64,000 bases of DNA from Candidatus Woesearchaeota archaeon (lineage in GTDB: Archaea; Nanobdellota; Nanobdellia; Woesearchaeales; JABIAG01), in assembly GCA_018653365.1 (NCBI GenBank), contig JABIAG010000001.1:64001-128000 (forward strand). The letters are read 5' to 3'. Below, piece after piece: positions 39,290 through 48,858 of this stretch (position 1 is its first letter; every line of letters begins with the position of its first letter). Made by a program: the position numbers and the translations under genes. The notes beneath the pieces were generated by a model. That model saw only the letters and a list, made by a program, of their open reading frames with translations, did not search any database and had not been told where the DNA came from.

Positions 39290-40285
39290 TTATGAAACTC
39301 GAGCATTTAAGTCAACTATTCTATTATTAGTTGTACTTTTTAATTGGGCATTAGAATAGTGCGTATTTTGTTGTGAGATAACAAAATTCTGTAAGTTAGT
39401 ATCCAAAGAACCAACCCAGTAAATTTTCTTACCTGTCATAATTGGCTTGTAACCATTATAATTAGTGTTATCTAAAAATAATAATGGCGAATTAGAATAG
39501 GCAGCAAATAAAGCAGCTAATAAAGCATCATCTTCATTATCTGGATCAATTACAACAACGCTAGAAATTGCGGTCCAAAAATCAAAATAAGCATTTTGAT
39601 CTTGAGGGTTCAAATGCTCACGCAACCCTGCAGAAACTTTGTTTGTTTCAGTAATATACCCAAAACTATTGCCTTTCATTAAATTAGTTAACTCAGTAGC
39701 AGAAGGAACAGATTTAAAGTTATACGCCCTTAAAGGGTAATGAGTTAAAGAGTTATCTTCACTCCAAACAGCAAGAGGAATAATCTTATGAAGGTTCTCC
39801 CAAGCAATACCTCTTGAAGAGGTAGCAGGAGTTAAAAATATGGGATTTTGAGAATACTTATTCATATTTTTTAAGTTCTTAGAATAAACATGAAGCAATA
39901 TGCTTTTTTCATCAGTGCCTGCAGGTCCAACAGCCTTTAATTCAATTTCATAATCCCCTGGCTCTTGATAAATATAACTAAAACTTGATCCTGTATGATC
40001 TGGAATTTCATCCCCATCAACATACCAAAAATAGTTGGTGACAGAACTATCTGTTTGAGCTTCAAAGAAAACTTCATTTCCTGAATAAGCAATGCTATTA
40101 TGAACGGGTGAGGTGATAGTGACCTGAGTTTGTACTGTAGAACTATATCGTTCAACTTGTTGAGAGGCATCGTCGGTTCTATCTCTAATAAAAAATAATG
40201 TTAAACCTATCATTATAATTGCAATAATTAGAACAACAATAAGAGTTGTACTAATACTTATTGATCCTTTTTTCATTTGTTTCAT
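39290..40285 (-). CDS. Class III signal peptide protein with PKD domain and CW_binding_2-like repeat
   Basis: MKKG|SISISTTLIVVLII; YFWYVDG...YQEPGDYEIELKA; DALLAALFAAYSNSPLLFL...IYWVG. Confidence 0.7.
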   Translation of the reverse strand: MKQMKKGSISISTTLIVVLIIAIIMIGLTLFFIRDRTDDASQQVERYSSTVQTQVTITSPVHNSIAYSGNEVFFEAQTDSSVTNYFWYVDGDEIPDHTGSSFSYIYQEPGDYEIELKAVGPAGTDEKSILLHVYSKNLKNMNKYSQNPIFLTPATSSRGIAWENLHKIIPLAVWSEDNSLTHYPLRAYNFKSVPSATELTNLMKGNSFGYITETNKVSAGLREHLNPQDQNAYFDFWTAISSVVVIDPDNEDDALLAALFAAYSNSPLLFLDNTNYNGYKPIMTGKKIYWVGSLDTNLQNFVISQQNTHYSNAQLKSTTNNRIVDLNARVS

Positions 40286-42444
40286 CTTAATATAATCTCC
40301 AGGTCATAAAATAATGTGTTTTGAGATGATTCTTCAACCCATTTTCCACTTACACAACTTCCTCCAACATCAAAAATATCTAACACTTTTGAATCTGAAA
40401 TGTAGGTCCAGGTCTCTCCTGAATCATCACCACAACAAGGCGCATTAACCGTTCCAGTCGGAGAGGTTTCAGCCCAACAATATTGCTCGTTATCAGTATC
40501 ACAAATTCCTGAATCTGCAATTCCTACTTGTGTTCCTTTCCAGGTACAATGTCTAGGATCATTATCTGGATTATTCGCACAATTAGCATAATAATTACAA
40601 CCATTCAAATCAGGAGTACACTGCAAAGGAGTGTTGGTACAATCATCATTACAATCAGCAACACCATCTAAATCAGCATCAATAACATTTCCCGAAATAT
40701 CACAATCTGGGTCTAAACCAAAACATTCAGCATCAGAACAAATATTGTCACAAGTTGTAGAGCAAAAGTCTTCTTCAACACAAAACTGAGACACTCCTGA
40801 ACAGATAAGATCCGCAGCACAATAACTTTGTTCACCTAAACAATCATCACATAAACAAGATTCCCCAACATCACAAGTGTTATCATCATCACAAGTTTCA
40901 ATCTCATCACTTCCACACTCATCATCACAAGTGCCATCTAAACAACGACGCGTCTCACTAGGACAACCACCAAATCCAACTTCTACAATAAAGGATTGTT
41001 CAACATAACGTTCTGAATCACTCACGTTTAATGTAATCCTCTCAGAACCCTGCCACAATAAAGGCGCGGTAAAATTAACGATGGATGTGCTTGGATTATA
41101 TTTAACTTTAATAGTATTATTTCCTCTAAATTTAATGCTTAAACTTGAAAAGGCGTCATCTACATCAGAAACATACCTAGAGATGTTTAAGGCATAATGC
41201 GCACCTTCATTAAACGTAATCTTTGGAATTGTCGTAATTGTTGGAGGTAGGTTAGTAATGTTAACAAAAATAACTTCTGAGTTAAAATTGCCTTGTGTAT
41301 CATTAACTAAAATATCGAGCCAATATACTCCTTTACTAAGCGCAGTTGAATTTAGACTACCTGAACAGTTAATTTCAAATCGAGAATCATTCACATCAAA
41401 ACAACCCACTTCACTAATTACATCCTCCGCAACAATAAGGGATTCAACACTTTCTTGACTAGTAAAAGTCAAATTATTGATCGTTGTAAAAATTGGGGGT
41501 TGGGTATCCTGCGTAAGCGTAAATTCTTTATTAACAACATTGCCTGCAACATCTTTAGCCCAAATAATAACTGTATTAAGTCCTTCTAAACCTGGAAAAA
41601 CAAAAGGGTCATTACAATTAACCGAAACTGTTGCATCAAGAGTGTTTACATACCAACAAGAATCTAGGTTTTCATCAGCAACAATCACAGTAAGTTCTTG
41701 GGATTGCGCCGAGTAATGATAAGACGTAGCAAAAACAGGATCTACGGTGTCAATTGAAAATGCGATAGATTCATTAATCTCATTATTAGCTAAATCCCTA
41801 GCAAAAAAAGTAAAATTATAGTTTCCATCTGCTAACGTAATTGTTGTAGCTGTTGTGTAAGTAAAAGAATCAGTCCCATTAGAATACCATAGTGTGTTGC
41901 TAGCATCATCTGAAGAAAAATCAATTAAAATATTATTCTGATTGTAAGATGTATTTTCAGGAGAGGTCACGGTTAAAATTGGGGGAGTGTTATCAAAAAC
42001 ACAACACACCTTGTTTGTGTAAGCAGAACAATCTCCAACATGAGCATCCTCTGTTCCAGATAAAGACATAATACACTCATCACTTCCACACGTAGCATCC
42101 ATATAACAACTATTTACATTACCCAAACAAACATCATTTACATAATTAGTCGAATCACCAGCATGTTGATTAAATGGAGTTGTAGAAACAGTTCCTGATA
42201 ACGAGATTAAGTACGTGTCAGAACAACCATCACTAATGCTTGCAGTAATTCCTTGACAACATAGGTCAAGACTTGTTTCAGAATATCCATAATATGAAAC
42301 ATGAGAATTTGTTAAAGAATAAACTGATAAAACTCCCGTTTCACCACTGTCACATTCAGACTTAAACGAACAAACATCCGCAAGTGCAGGAGCAGCAGCT
42401 AATAAAACAAATACAAAAATTAAAAAAATATTTATTCTTTTCAT
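40282..42444 (-). CDS. Secreted Cys-rich protein with Ig-like/cadherin-like domains
   Basis: Sec signal; three S.S..N.H repeats; Ig-like D..GN/D..PP units; acidic Cys-rich C-terminus. Confidence 0.8.
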   Translation of the reverse strand: MKRINIFLIFVFVLLAAAPALADVCSFKSECDSGETGVLSVYSLTNSHVSYYGYSETSLDLCCQGITASISDGCSDTYLISLSGTVSTTPFNQHAGDSTNYVNDVCLGNVNSCYMDATCGSDECIMSLSGTEDAHVGDCSAYTNKVCCVFDNTPPILTVTSPENTSYNQNNILIDFSSDDASNTLWYSNGTDSFTYTTATTITLADGNYNFTFFARDLANNEINESIAFSIDTVDPVFATSYHYSAQSQELTVIVADENLDSCWYVNTLDATVSVNCNDPFVFPGLEGLNTVIIWAKDVAGNVVNKEFTLTQDTQPPIFTTINNLTFTSQESVESLIVAEDVISEVGCFDVNDSRFEINCSGSLNSTALSKGVYWLDILVNDTQGNFNSEVIFVNITNLPPTITTIPKITFNEGAHYALNISRYVSDVDDAFSSLSIKFRGNNTIKVKYNPSTSIVNFTAPLLWQGSERITLNVSDSERYVEQSFIVEVGFGGCPSETRRCLDGTCDDECGSDEIETCDDDNTCDVGESCLCDDCLGEQSYCAADLICSGVSQFCVEEDFCSTTCDNICSDAECFGLDPDCDISGNVIDADLDGVADCNDDCTNTPLQCTPDLNGCNYYANCANNPDNDPRHCTWKGTQVGIADSGICDTDNEQYCWAETSPTGTVNAPCCGDDSGETWTYISDSKVLDIFDVGGSCVSGKWVEESSQNTLFYDLEIILR

Positions 42445-42446
42445 TC

Positions 42447-45400
42447 TTATTTAGGTATCCAACAACGGAATTGGTTAGAGGCTGTATCTGCGCTGAACCA
42501 CAAAAGACTCTTTCCACTGGCCGCTTTATATATAGTTCCTCTATAACTTCCGTGGTAAGCAGAATCACTAAGCCATTCACGTTGTAAATCTCCATCTATT
42601 CCAGTAAGTTGAGTGTTAAATCTCGCTGCGCTAATATGCCATTCTTCTTGAGTTGGAAGACGTCCACCAAATTCATCAAAGCAATACATAGTTGCATCAT
42701 ACCAATCTTTGGTAGTTCCAGAACCTTGATTAATTTGCATACAGCCTAATTGTCTATTTTGTCCGCCTTCAATACTTACAAATTCGGCAGGACAATTAAT
42801 TTTCAAATTGTTAACAATAACTTTCCCTGCATCCACTTTAAGTGCACTTTTAGGAGTATCAAATAGTAATTGAAAGACCAGATCTAGGTCTGCACTACTT
42901 GAATGTCCGTCAGGATACGCATTATTCTGGTTTGCTTTGCAACTTCCTCCTATAAGATGAAAGGTATACGTTTGATCTTTAACTAAATTGAATGTTCCAA
43001 AAGAGGAAATATCATAATTAATCCAACCATCCGAGGATTTAACACCGACAACATCTTCATACAAAAAGGATCCAACCCCATTTTGATTAGTTTGAATTCC
43101 ATTATAAAGAATTAATTTAACTGATGAAGGAGTAGTTGTTGGAGCATAGACTCTTAAAGTTTTCAACGCATCATTTGTTGGTGCTTTAAATGTTTGCTCG
43201 AGACCTCCGGCAGCATTAGTTTCCGCATGCTCTTCGTTTAATCCTATGGTAAAATCGCTTTTTACATCAAGAATTCCCTCAGGTTGACTGGTCCCAATAC
43301 CCACATTGCCGCCCATAATTGCCATGGTGTTGTCCTGTGTTACAACAGTTCCGGTTTGATCATTTAATCCTATTGCAATTGAATAGTCACCTTGTGCTTC
43401 TATTCCTCTACCTGTTGCTATTGAATGAGTGCCTGAAGCAATTGTATAATATCCTAGTGCGATTGAGTCACTGCCTACTGCACGGGTGTTACTTCCTATT
43501 GCTGTTGATGCACCTCCTACGGCAGTTGTTTGATATCCCATTGCGATGGAGGCTTGACCTACTGCTATTGTGTTATGTCCCATTGCTGTTGAATAAGGTC
43601 CTTCGGCTCGTGTTTCTTTACCCATAACGGTTGATACACTACCTATTGCCCATCCGCCTTGACCCATTGCAGTTGAATACGGTCCATACGCATGTGATAA
43701 GTGTCCCATTGCGGTTGAAAAGTGTCCTGTACCATATGTTACGCCTCCCATTGCAGTTGAGGCACTTCCTGTGGCAGTGGTTTGGAGACCCATTGCTGTT
43801 GAAGCTTGTCCTTCCGCTATTGTTTCACTACCCATTGCTATTGCATAATCTCCGGTTGCTATGTTATCAGAATGCCCTATTGTTGCAGAACCTCCTGTAT
43901 CTCCTTGAACTGCCGACGATCCAGAATCTACATCTAATCTTACTGTGGGATTAGGTGTTCCAATTCCAACATTTCCATCAAGATTTACATTAAACGTTGT
44001 TTCTGCGTCATTTACTATCCTAAAATCTCCAAAAACATCAAGTTTGGTAATTGGTGTATTTGTACCAATTCCAATCCTTTCTTCAAATTCAATAATTTGT
44101 CTAAAAAATGAAGCTGAAGTAAACGTCTGACCAAACATATCAAATATATATTCTCTTATTTCTTCTTCAGATCTTGCAACTAAATTCAGATCATCCATGT
44201 CTTCACCACGTAAATATCGAGTAAGAACAATCAAATCCCCAAAATTAAATTGCCCATCTCCATCAAGATCTAAATCGTCATAAATAAGCTCGACAGCATC
44301 TACCATTTCTTGGGGGGTGTTTGTTGCAAACGTAAGATCATCTACATAATTACCAATCAAATCTTCTGGAGATCCTAATCCCTGTGATATTAAGGGTAAG
44401 TAAACATTTTCATAATTATAAATGATATACATGTCCGTTATGGTGAACACGCCATTGCCATCAATATCTAATTTACTCCCCATCACAAATCCATCAACAT
44501 CTAATTTACCTTTTGGCAAAGTAGTTCCAATTCCGACATTTCCATCATCATCTACATAAACTACATCTACGGGATCTCCATCTGCAGAAGATAATGAATT
44601 ACTGCTTAAACTATCTAAACAGTTTCCATTTCCATCACATATAGTTCCTGTAGTAGTTAGGTCTCCTGCTGCATTTATATTTCCATTGACATCAAGTGCT
44701 TCAGTTGGATTCTGATTGTTTACTCCTACTCGGTTATCTGAAGTTATAGATAATATATCTGAAAAAAATCCTTTGTTAATGCCTAATCGGTTTTCTGTAG
44801 CATCAGCAGAAATTGTCCAATCATTATTTGCATTTTTGAGTTTTAAACCAGTTCCCTGACTATCTACTGTTTCTACCTTAATGTAATTTCCGTGATTAGC
44901 TCCCTTAAGATGAAGAAGTTCTTCTGGATCTGTAATCGCTCCAATTCCCACCTTTTCATTATAAATAATTCCGTTAGTAGTGCCATCGTTCCATTTTCCT
45001 GTTTCAATTCCTGTAAGTCTTGATCCATCTCCAATGAAGTAATCTGCATACATCTCACCATCTAATAAAATCTGTGTTGGAGATGTGGGTTCATCATTAC
45101 CAATCTGAAGAACTCCGCCATCATTTAATAAATTAACATAATTACCTAATCCTCCCCTGCCATTATTATCATGCAATATTATTTCGGCTTCATTATTTGA
45201 GATTACTAGATTTCCTGAAAGAGTCATGTTAGTTCCAACAAAATTGTTCTGAGTTATTACATCTGCTTGAGAATAAAAGTAGTCTGGAATTAATAACTCA
45301 TTAATTTGAACATGGTTGCTAAAAAGTGCTTCTCCTGAAATTCGAAGTGCAAGATCTGAAGGGTCAGCAGCAGTCAGAGTTAATCCACGTCCAGAAATAT

Positions 45401-48400
45401 TTCCTTCAACAGATAATGCTTTTGAGTTAGTTCCCAAATTTCTTATATTAACATCACCTAAAAAATCAAAGTTTCTGTCTTTATCTATAATTAAAAAATT
45501 ACGTCCTGAATAAGGTACTGCTGGATTAGCATCATTATTTCCTAATATGAAACTATCTCCTGCAGTTTTAAATAACCAATTATTGAGACCGTTTTTAGAA
45601 AAAGCTAGGATGCTATCTTTAGCACTATCAATTTTTATAGCACTAAAGTCTTCTATTCCTGTTCCTGCATCATACACGTGAAGGTTTGCATGAGGTGAAG
45701 GTGACGTAGTTCCCATTCCAACATTTCCCTCATTTGTTACTGTAAGAAGATTTTCATCGCCTCCTGTAGCTTCTTTTACTATAAAATTACTATCTCCCAT
45801 TCCTCCTATTTTTACAATTACATCTTGATCATTATGGCCTTGTAATTCTAAATTATTACTTACTGCAGGAATGATTCCCCCATATCCTGCTCCTGATCTT
45901 AAAATTATTCCATCTGTATTTGTACCTACTGTTAAGGTTCCATCTTCAATATATACTTCGTGTTCTCCACCATATCCATCACCTTCTATGTGGAGCATTG
46001 CATTAGGGGTTGGTGTTCCAATTCCCACATTTCCATTTTTCTTAATTGCTAGCCCTGAGTTCCAAGTTGCATCATCAAAATAATCAAACAAAAGAGTTCC
46101 TGGGTCTGACATGTCCTCACCATATGCTGTAATCATCCAACCTTTGTTACCTGAACCCGCATTACTTTCTTCAAGGGTTTTTGTTGTATCTGGACGTGCA
46201 GTGTATAATTTTATTGCATTATTATCATTTGAATTGCCAGATAATACTAACTCTGAAGCGCCAGTAGGATTGAAGATGTCTAATTTTTGAAGAGGTGCAT
46301 TGATGCCAATTCCAACATTACCATTATTATAATAAACTTCTGCACCTGCAGCAGCACCAGCATCATTATACACTAGTTGGCCATCAGTTCCTGCAATCGG
46401 ACCCGGTTCACCATTACAAATATTTTCCTCAGCAATAAACGTATCCGCACCAGTGTAAGCGCCATCAGAATCAGTATCCTCATAAATAAGAACGTTAAGT
46501 CCGTCAAAAGGACAACTTCCTGATGTACCTGAAGCGGTTGTGTAAACTCCCATGTTAATTCCATCAAGTCCTGGAAAACCTTGGGGGCCTTTAAGATTAG
46601 TGAAAAGTGCCCAGTTAAGTGAGACCCTTTTATAAACATCTCCTGTCGAACTATCTAAATAAAAATCTCCGTCTTTTCCAATGTTAGCAGCTGTTGGAGC
46701 AGCGTTACCACTAATCCAGGTAACGCCATCTGCGCCAATTAATCCTGTTGGAGAACCAATCCAGTTACCTGCGTCATCAATAACATCTATTCCATTTATT
46801 CGCAATGAATTAGCAAAGTTATCTATGTTCATCGAGTTAGTATTTGGAAAGACTGCTAAATTAACTATTGCATGAGTTCCACCGATTGTTTGAATACGTA
46901 ACTGCTCTCCTCGGGTTATATCCCCAGTTGAAAGCCAGGCTCCGCCACTTCTTCGGAATACTGAAGCAGATCCACCTGTAGCAGTATCAACACGGTTTTT
47001 AATAACATTAATAGCAAGAGGGTCTCCTGCCCAAATAAACCCATTCATTTTTTCAGCCACAACTTCTACAGAGTATTCTTTAACAATGCCTGTAAGTTGT
47101 GAACCATCACCAATAAAAGAGTTAGCAGTAATATCTGCAGTAGTTGTAGAACCTCTTCCAGCAACTGTAGAAAGAGTATCTGCTTCTGAATTAAGAGTCG
47201 CAATTGTATCTGGATGAATGTCATCCGCAGTAATAGTTTCATCTAAAATTTTATCAGAAGTAACTGAATTTGCAGCTAGTTTTTCAGTTGTAACAGCTAA
47301 ATCATCAATTTGATCTGTGTTAATTGTATCTAATAACGCTAGAGCACCAAGCCCAACAATGTTGGCAGGATTAAGATTTGTTAACGCAGCACCATTTCCT
47401 GAAAAGAAATCTGCAGTAACGGTTCCAACTATGTCTAAAGCAGTACTTGGAACTTTTCCAATGCCCACCCAGGTGTTAGCAGAATCGTAATTAACATTAG
47501 CGCCTGCAGCAGCGCCAGCATCATTGAAAACAAATTGACCATCTGTTCCTGCAATTGGGCCTGCGGGGCCATCCGCACCAATAATTGTAGCAATAACTTC
47601 AGTCCAGGTTGTAGCATCTGTTTTTTTGAAAACTTTACCCGAAATAGTATTTAAATAAAGATCATCAATAGTACCAACTGTACTAATTGGTTCTATAATT
47701 CCGCTAAGAACTGCTTCACCTTTCGGACCAGTAATATCATTTGTTGTTTGATTTGAACCATCAACATAATTAATTGTTAAAGAACCATCAGTCTCATGAT
47801 CTATGGAAACAATTCCTTTTCCATGACAAGCATATGTTTCACCAATTAATTCATCAGTTCCAGATTGATATCCTGAAGTTGAGCCTTCTTCAGAATAAAA
47901 GGTAATCTTTTTACCGCCAGCATCACAATTAGGTCCAACGGGTTCATCATCAAAATGAGTTAAAGGAACAATTCCTGTAGAAGGACCGACCCATTCACCA
48001 TTAAAATCAATAATTTTTATTCCATTAAGTGAGATACTACCGTCATTGCTAATAATAAAATCATTTAATTTAAGAAGATCACCCTCTCCTGCTTGAGTTC
48101 CCCAAAGTAAAGGAATTCCTGTCACACTAGAAAAAAAGCTTTCCATACCTGTTTGAAAAGGGCTTGGATTTGAGGTACATTCACATCCCTGCATAAATCC
48201 GCCAGGGAAACCACCAATTTCACAAGCATCATTTTCTTGAACTTCACAACCATCAGCATCAAGTTTATCTCCTCCATTGTTACAAGCATAAAAGTTAGGT
48301 TCACATTGAAGATTTTCTGCAGTTTCCGAACAACTAGAACCATAGATTACATGGTTAGCATTAAAAGCAGTTGAACTAAATTGAACTTCGCAACCATCTC

Positions 48401-48857
48401 CTGCATCACCATTACAATCTCCAAAGTCTTCTACGCTATCTCCATCTATATCTTTACAAGTTCCACAAGTTGCGTCACCCCAAGCGTTAGCTGTACAGAT
48501 GGTTTCAAGATTGCCTTCTTCACAAGATTGTTTTGGACTACACCAAGCTTGTCCGCCATTATCACAAGGAGCGTCTGTTGCATCATTGCTATAACAGTCA
48601 ACAATAAATCCTCCACTTGATGGAGCACCAGCTATTGGTTGGGATGCCGTCTCAGAATCTGTTGGTGCGAAGACCAAATCAGAAACATAACAAATGTATT
48701 CACCACAAATGTGTTCATTACTGCCTGCAGCATCGCAAGAGACTGCCCCCTGTGTTGAGGGACAGGCCGCAGGATTAGCTGCCCATAATTGTTCGCTTGC
48801 ACTTACAAAACTAGTGAACATTAAAACTACAAATATTAGAGTTAGTATTTTCATCAT
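42447..48857 (-). CDS. Large secreted fibre/adhesin: Cys-rich N-terminus, collagen-like and GNVGIGT tail-fibre repeats, dockerin-like pair, YadA-head repeats, C-terminal C-type-lectin-like domain
   Basis: GGAGGT SD before ATG 48857; repeated GNVGIGT..P; 14-aa STAMG repeats; WYDATMYC...GGRLPT.EEW...EW...FRC. Confidence 0.8.
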   Translation of the reverse strand: MMKILTLIFVVLMFTSFVSASEQLWAANPAACPSTQGAVSCDAAGSNEHICGEYICYVSDLVFAPTDSETASQPIAGAPSSGGFIVDCYSNDATDAPCDNGGQAWCSPKQSCEEGNLETICTANAWGDATCGTCKDIDGDSVEDFGDCNGDAGDGCEVQFSSTAFNANHVIYGSSCSETAENLQCEPNFYACNNGGDKLDADGCEVQENDACEIGGFPGGFMQGCECTSNPSPFQTGMESFFSSVTGIPLLWGTQAGEGDLLKLNDFIISNDGSISLNGIKIIDFNGEWVGPSTGIVPLTHFDDEPVGPNCDAGGKKITFYSEEGSTSGYQSGTDELIGETYACHGKGIVSIDHETDGSLTINYVDGSNQTTNDITGPKGEAVLSGIIEPISTVGTIDDLYLNTISGKVFKKTDATTWTEVIATIIGADGPAGPIAGTDGQFVFNDAGAAAGANVNYDSANTWVGIGKVPSTALDIVGTVTADFFSGNGAALTNLNPANIVGLGALALLDTINTDQIDDLAVTTEKLAANSVTSDKILDETITADDIHPDTIATLNSEADTLSTVAGRGSTTTADITANSFIGDGSQLTGIVKEYSVEVVAEKMNGFIWAGDPLAINVIKNRVDTATGGSASVFRRSGGAWLSTGDITRGEQLRIQTIGGTHAIVNLAVFPNTNSMNIDNFANSLRINGIDVIDDAGNWIGSPTGLIGADGVTWISGNAAPTAANIGKDGDFYLDSSTGDVYKRVSLNWALFTNLKGPQGFPGLDGINMGVYTTASGTSGSCPFDGLNVLIYEDTDSDGAYTGADTFIAEENICNGEPGPIAGTDGQLVYNDAGAAAGAEVYYNNGNVGIGINAPLQKLDIFNPTGASELVLSGNSNDNNAIKLYTARPDTTKTLEESNAGSGNKGWMITAYGEDMSDPGTLLFDYFDDATWNSGLAIKKNGNVGIGTPTPNAMLHIEGDGYGGEHEVYIEDGTLTVGTNTDGIILRSGAGYGGIIPAVSNNLELQGHNDQDVIVKIGGMGDSNFIVKEATGGDENLLTVTNEGNVGMGTTSPSPHANLHVYDAGTGIEDFSAIKIDSAKDSILAFSKNGLNNWLFKTAGDSFILGNNDANPAVPYSGRNFLIIDKDRNFDFLGDVNIRNLGTNSKALSVEGNISGRGLTLTAADPSDLALRISGEALFSNHVQINELLIPDYFYSQADVITQNNFVGTNMTLSGNLVISNNEAEIILHDNNGRGGLGNYVNLLNDGGVLQIGNDEPTSPTQILLDGEMYADYFIGDGSRLTGIETGKWNDGTTNGIIYNEKVGIGAITDPEELLHLKGANHGNYIKVETVDSQGTGLKLKNANNDWTISADATENRLGINKGFFSDILSITSDNRVGVNNQNPTEALDVNGNINAAGDLTTTGTICDGNGNCLDSLSSNSLSSADGDPVDVVYVDDDGNVGIGTTLPKGKLDVDGFVMGSKLDIDGNGVFTITDMYIIYNYENVYLPLISQGLGSPEDLIGNYVDDLTFATNTPQEMVDAVELIYDDLDLDGDGQFNFGDLIVLTRYLRGEDMDDLNLVARSEEEIREYIFDMFGQTFTSASFFRQIIEFEERIGIGTNTPITKLDVFGDFRIVNDAETTFNVNLDGNVGIGTPNPTVRLDVDSGSSAVQGDTGGSATIGHSDNIATGDYAIAMGSETIAEGQASTAMGLQTTATGSASTAMGGVTYGTGHFSTAMGHLSHAYGPYSTAMGQGGWAIGSVSTVMGKETRAEGPYSTAMGHNTIAVGQASIAMGYQTTAVGGASTAIGSNTRAVGSDSIALGYYTIASGTHSIATGRGIEAQGDYSIAIGLNDQTGTVVTQDNTMAIMGGNVGIGTSQPEGILDVKSDFTIGLNEEHAETNAAGGLEQTFKAPTNDALKTLRVYAPTTTPSSVKLILYNGIQTNQNGVGSFLYEDVVGVKSSDGWINYDISSFGTFNLVKDQTYTFHLIGGSCKANQNNAYPDGHSSSADLDLVFQLLFDTPKSALKVDAGKVIVNNLKINCPAEFVSIEGGQNRQLGCMQINQGSGTTKDWYDATMYCFDEFGGRLPTQEEWHISAARFNTQLTGIDGDLQREWLSDSAYHGSYRGTIYKAASGKSLLWFSADTASNQFRCWIPK

Positions 48858-48858
48858 T

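Noticed and set aside
42447-42600. Complete DGR cassette
   Set aside because: No reverse transcriptase and no template repeat found in the window.
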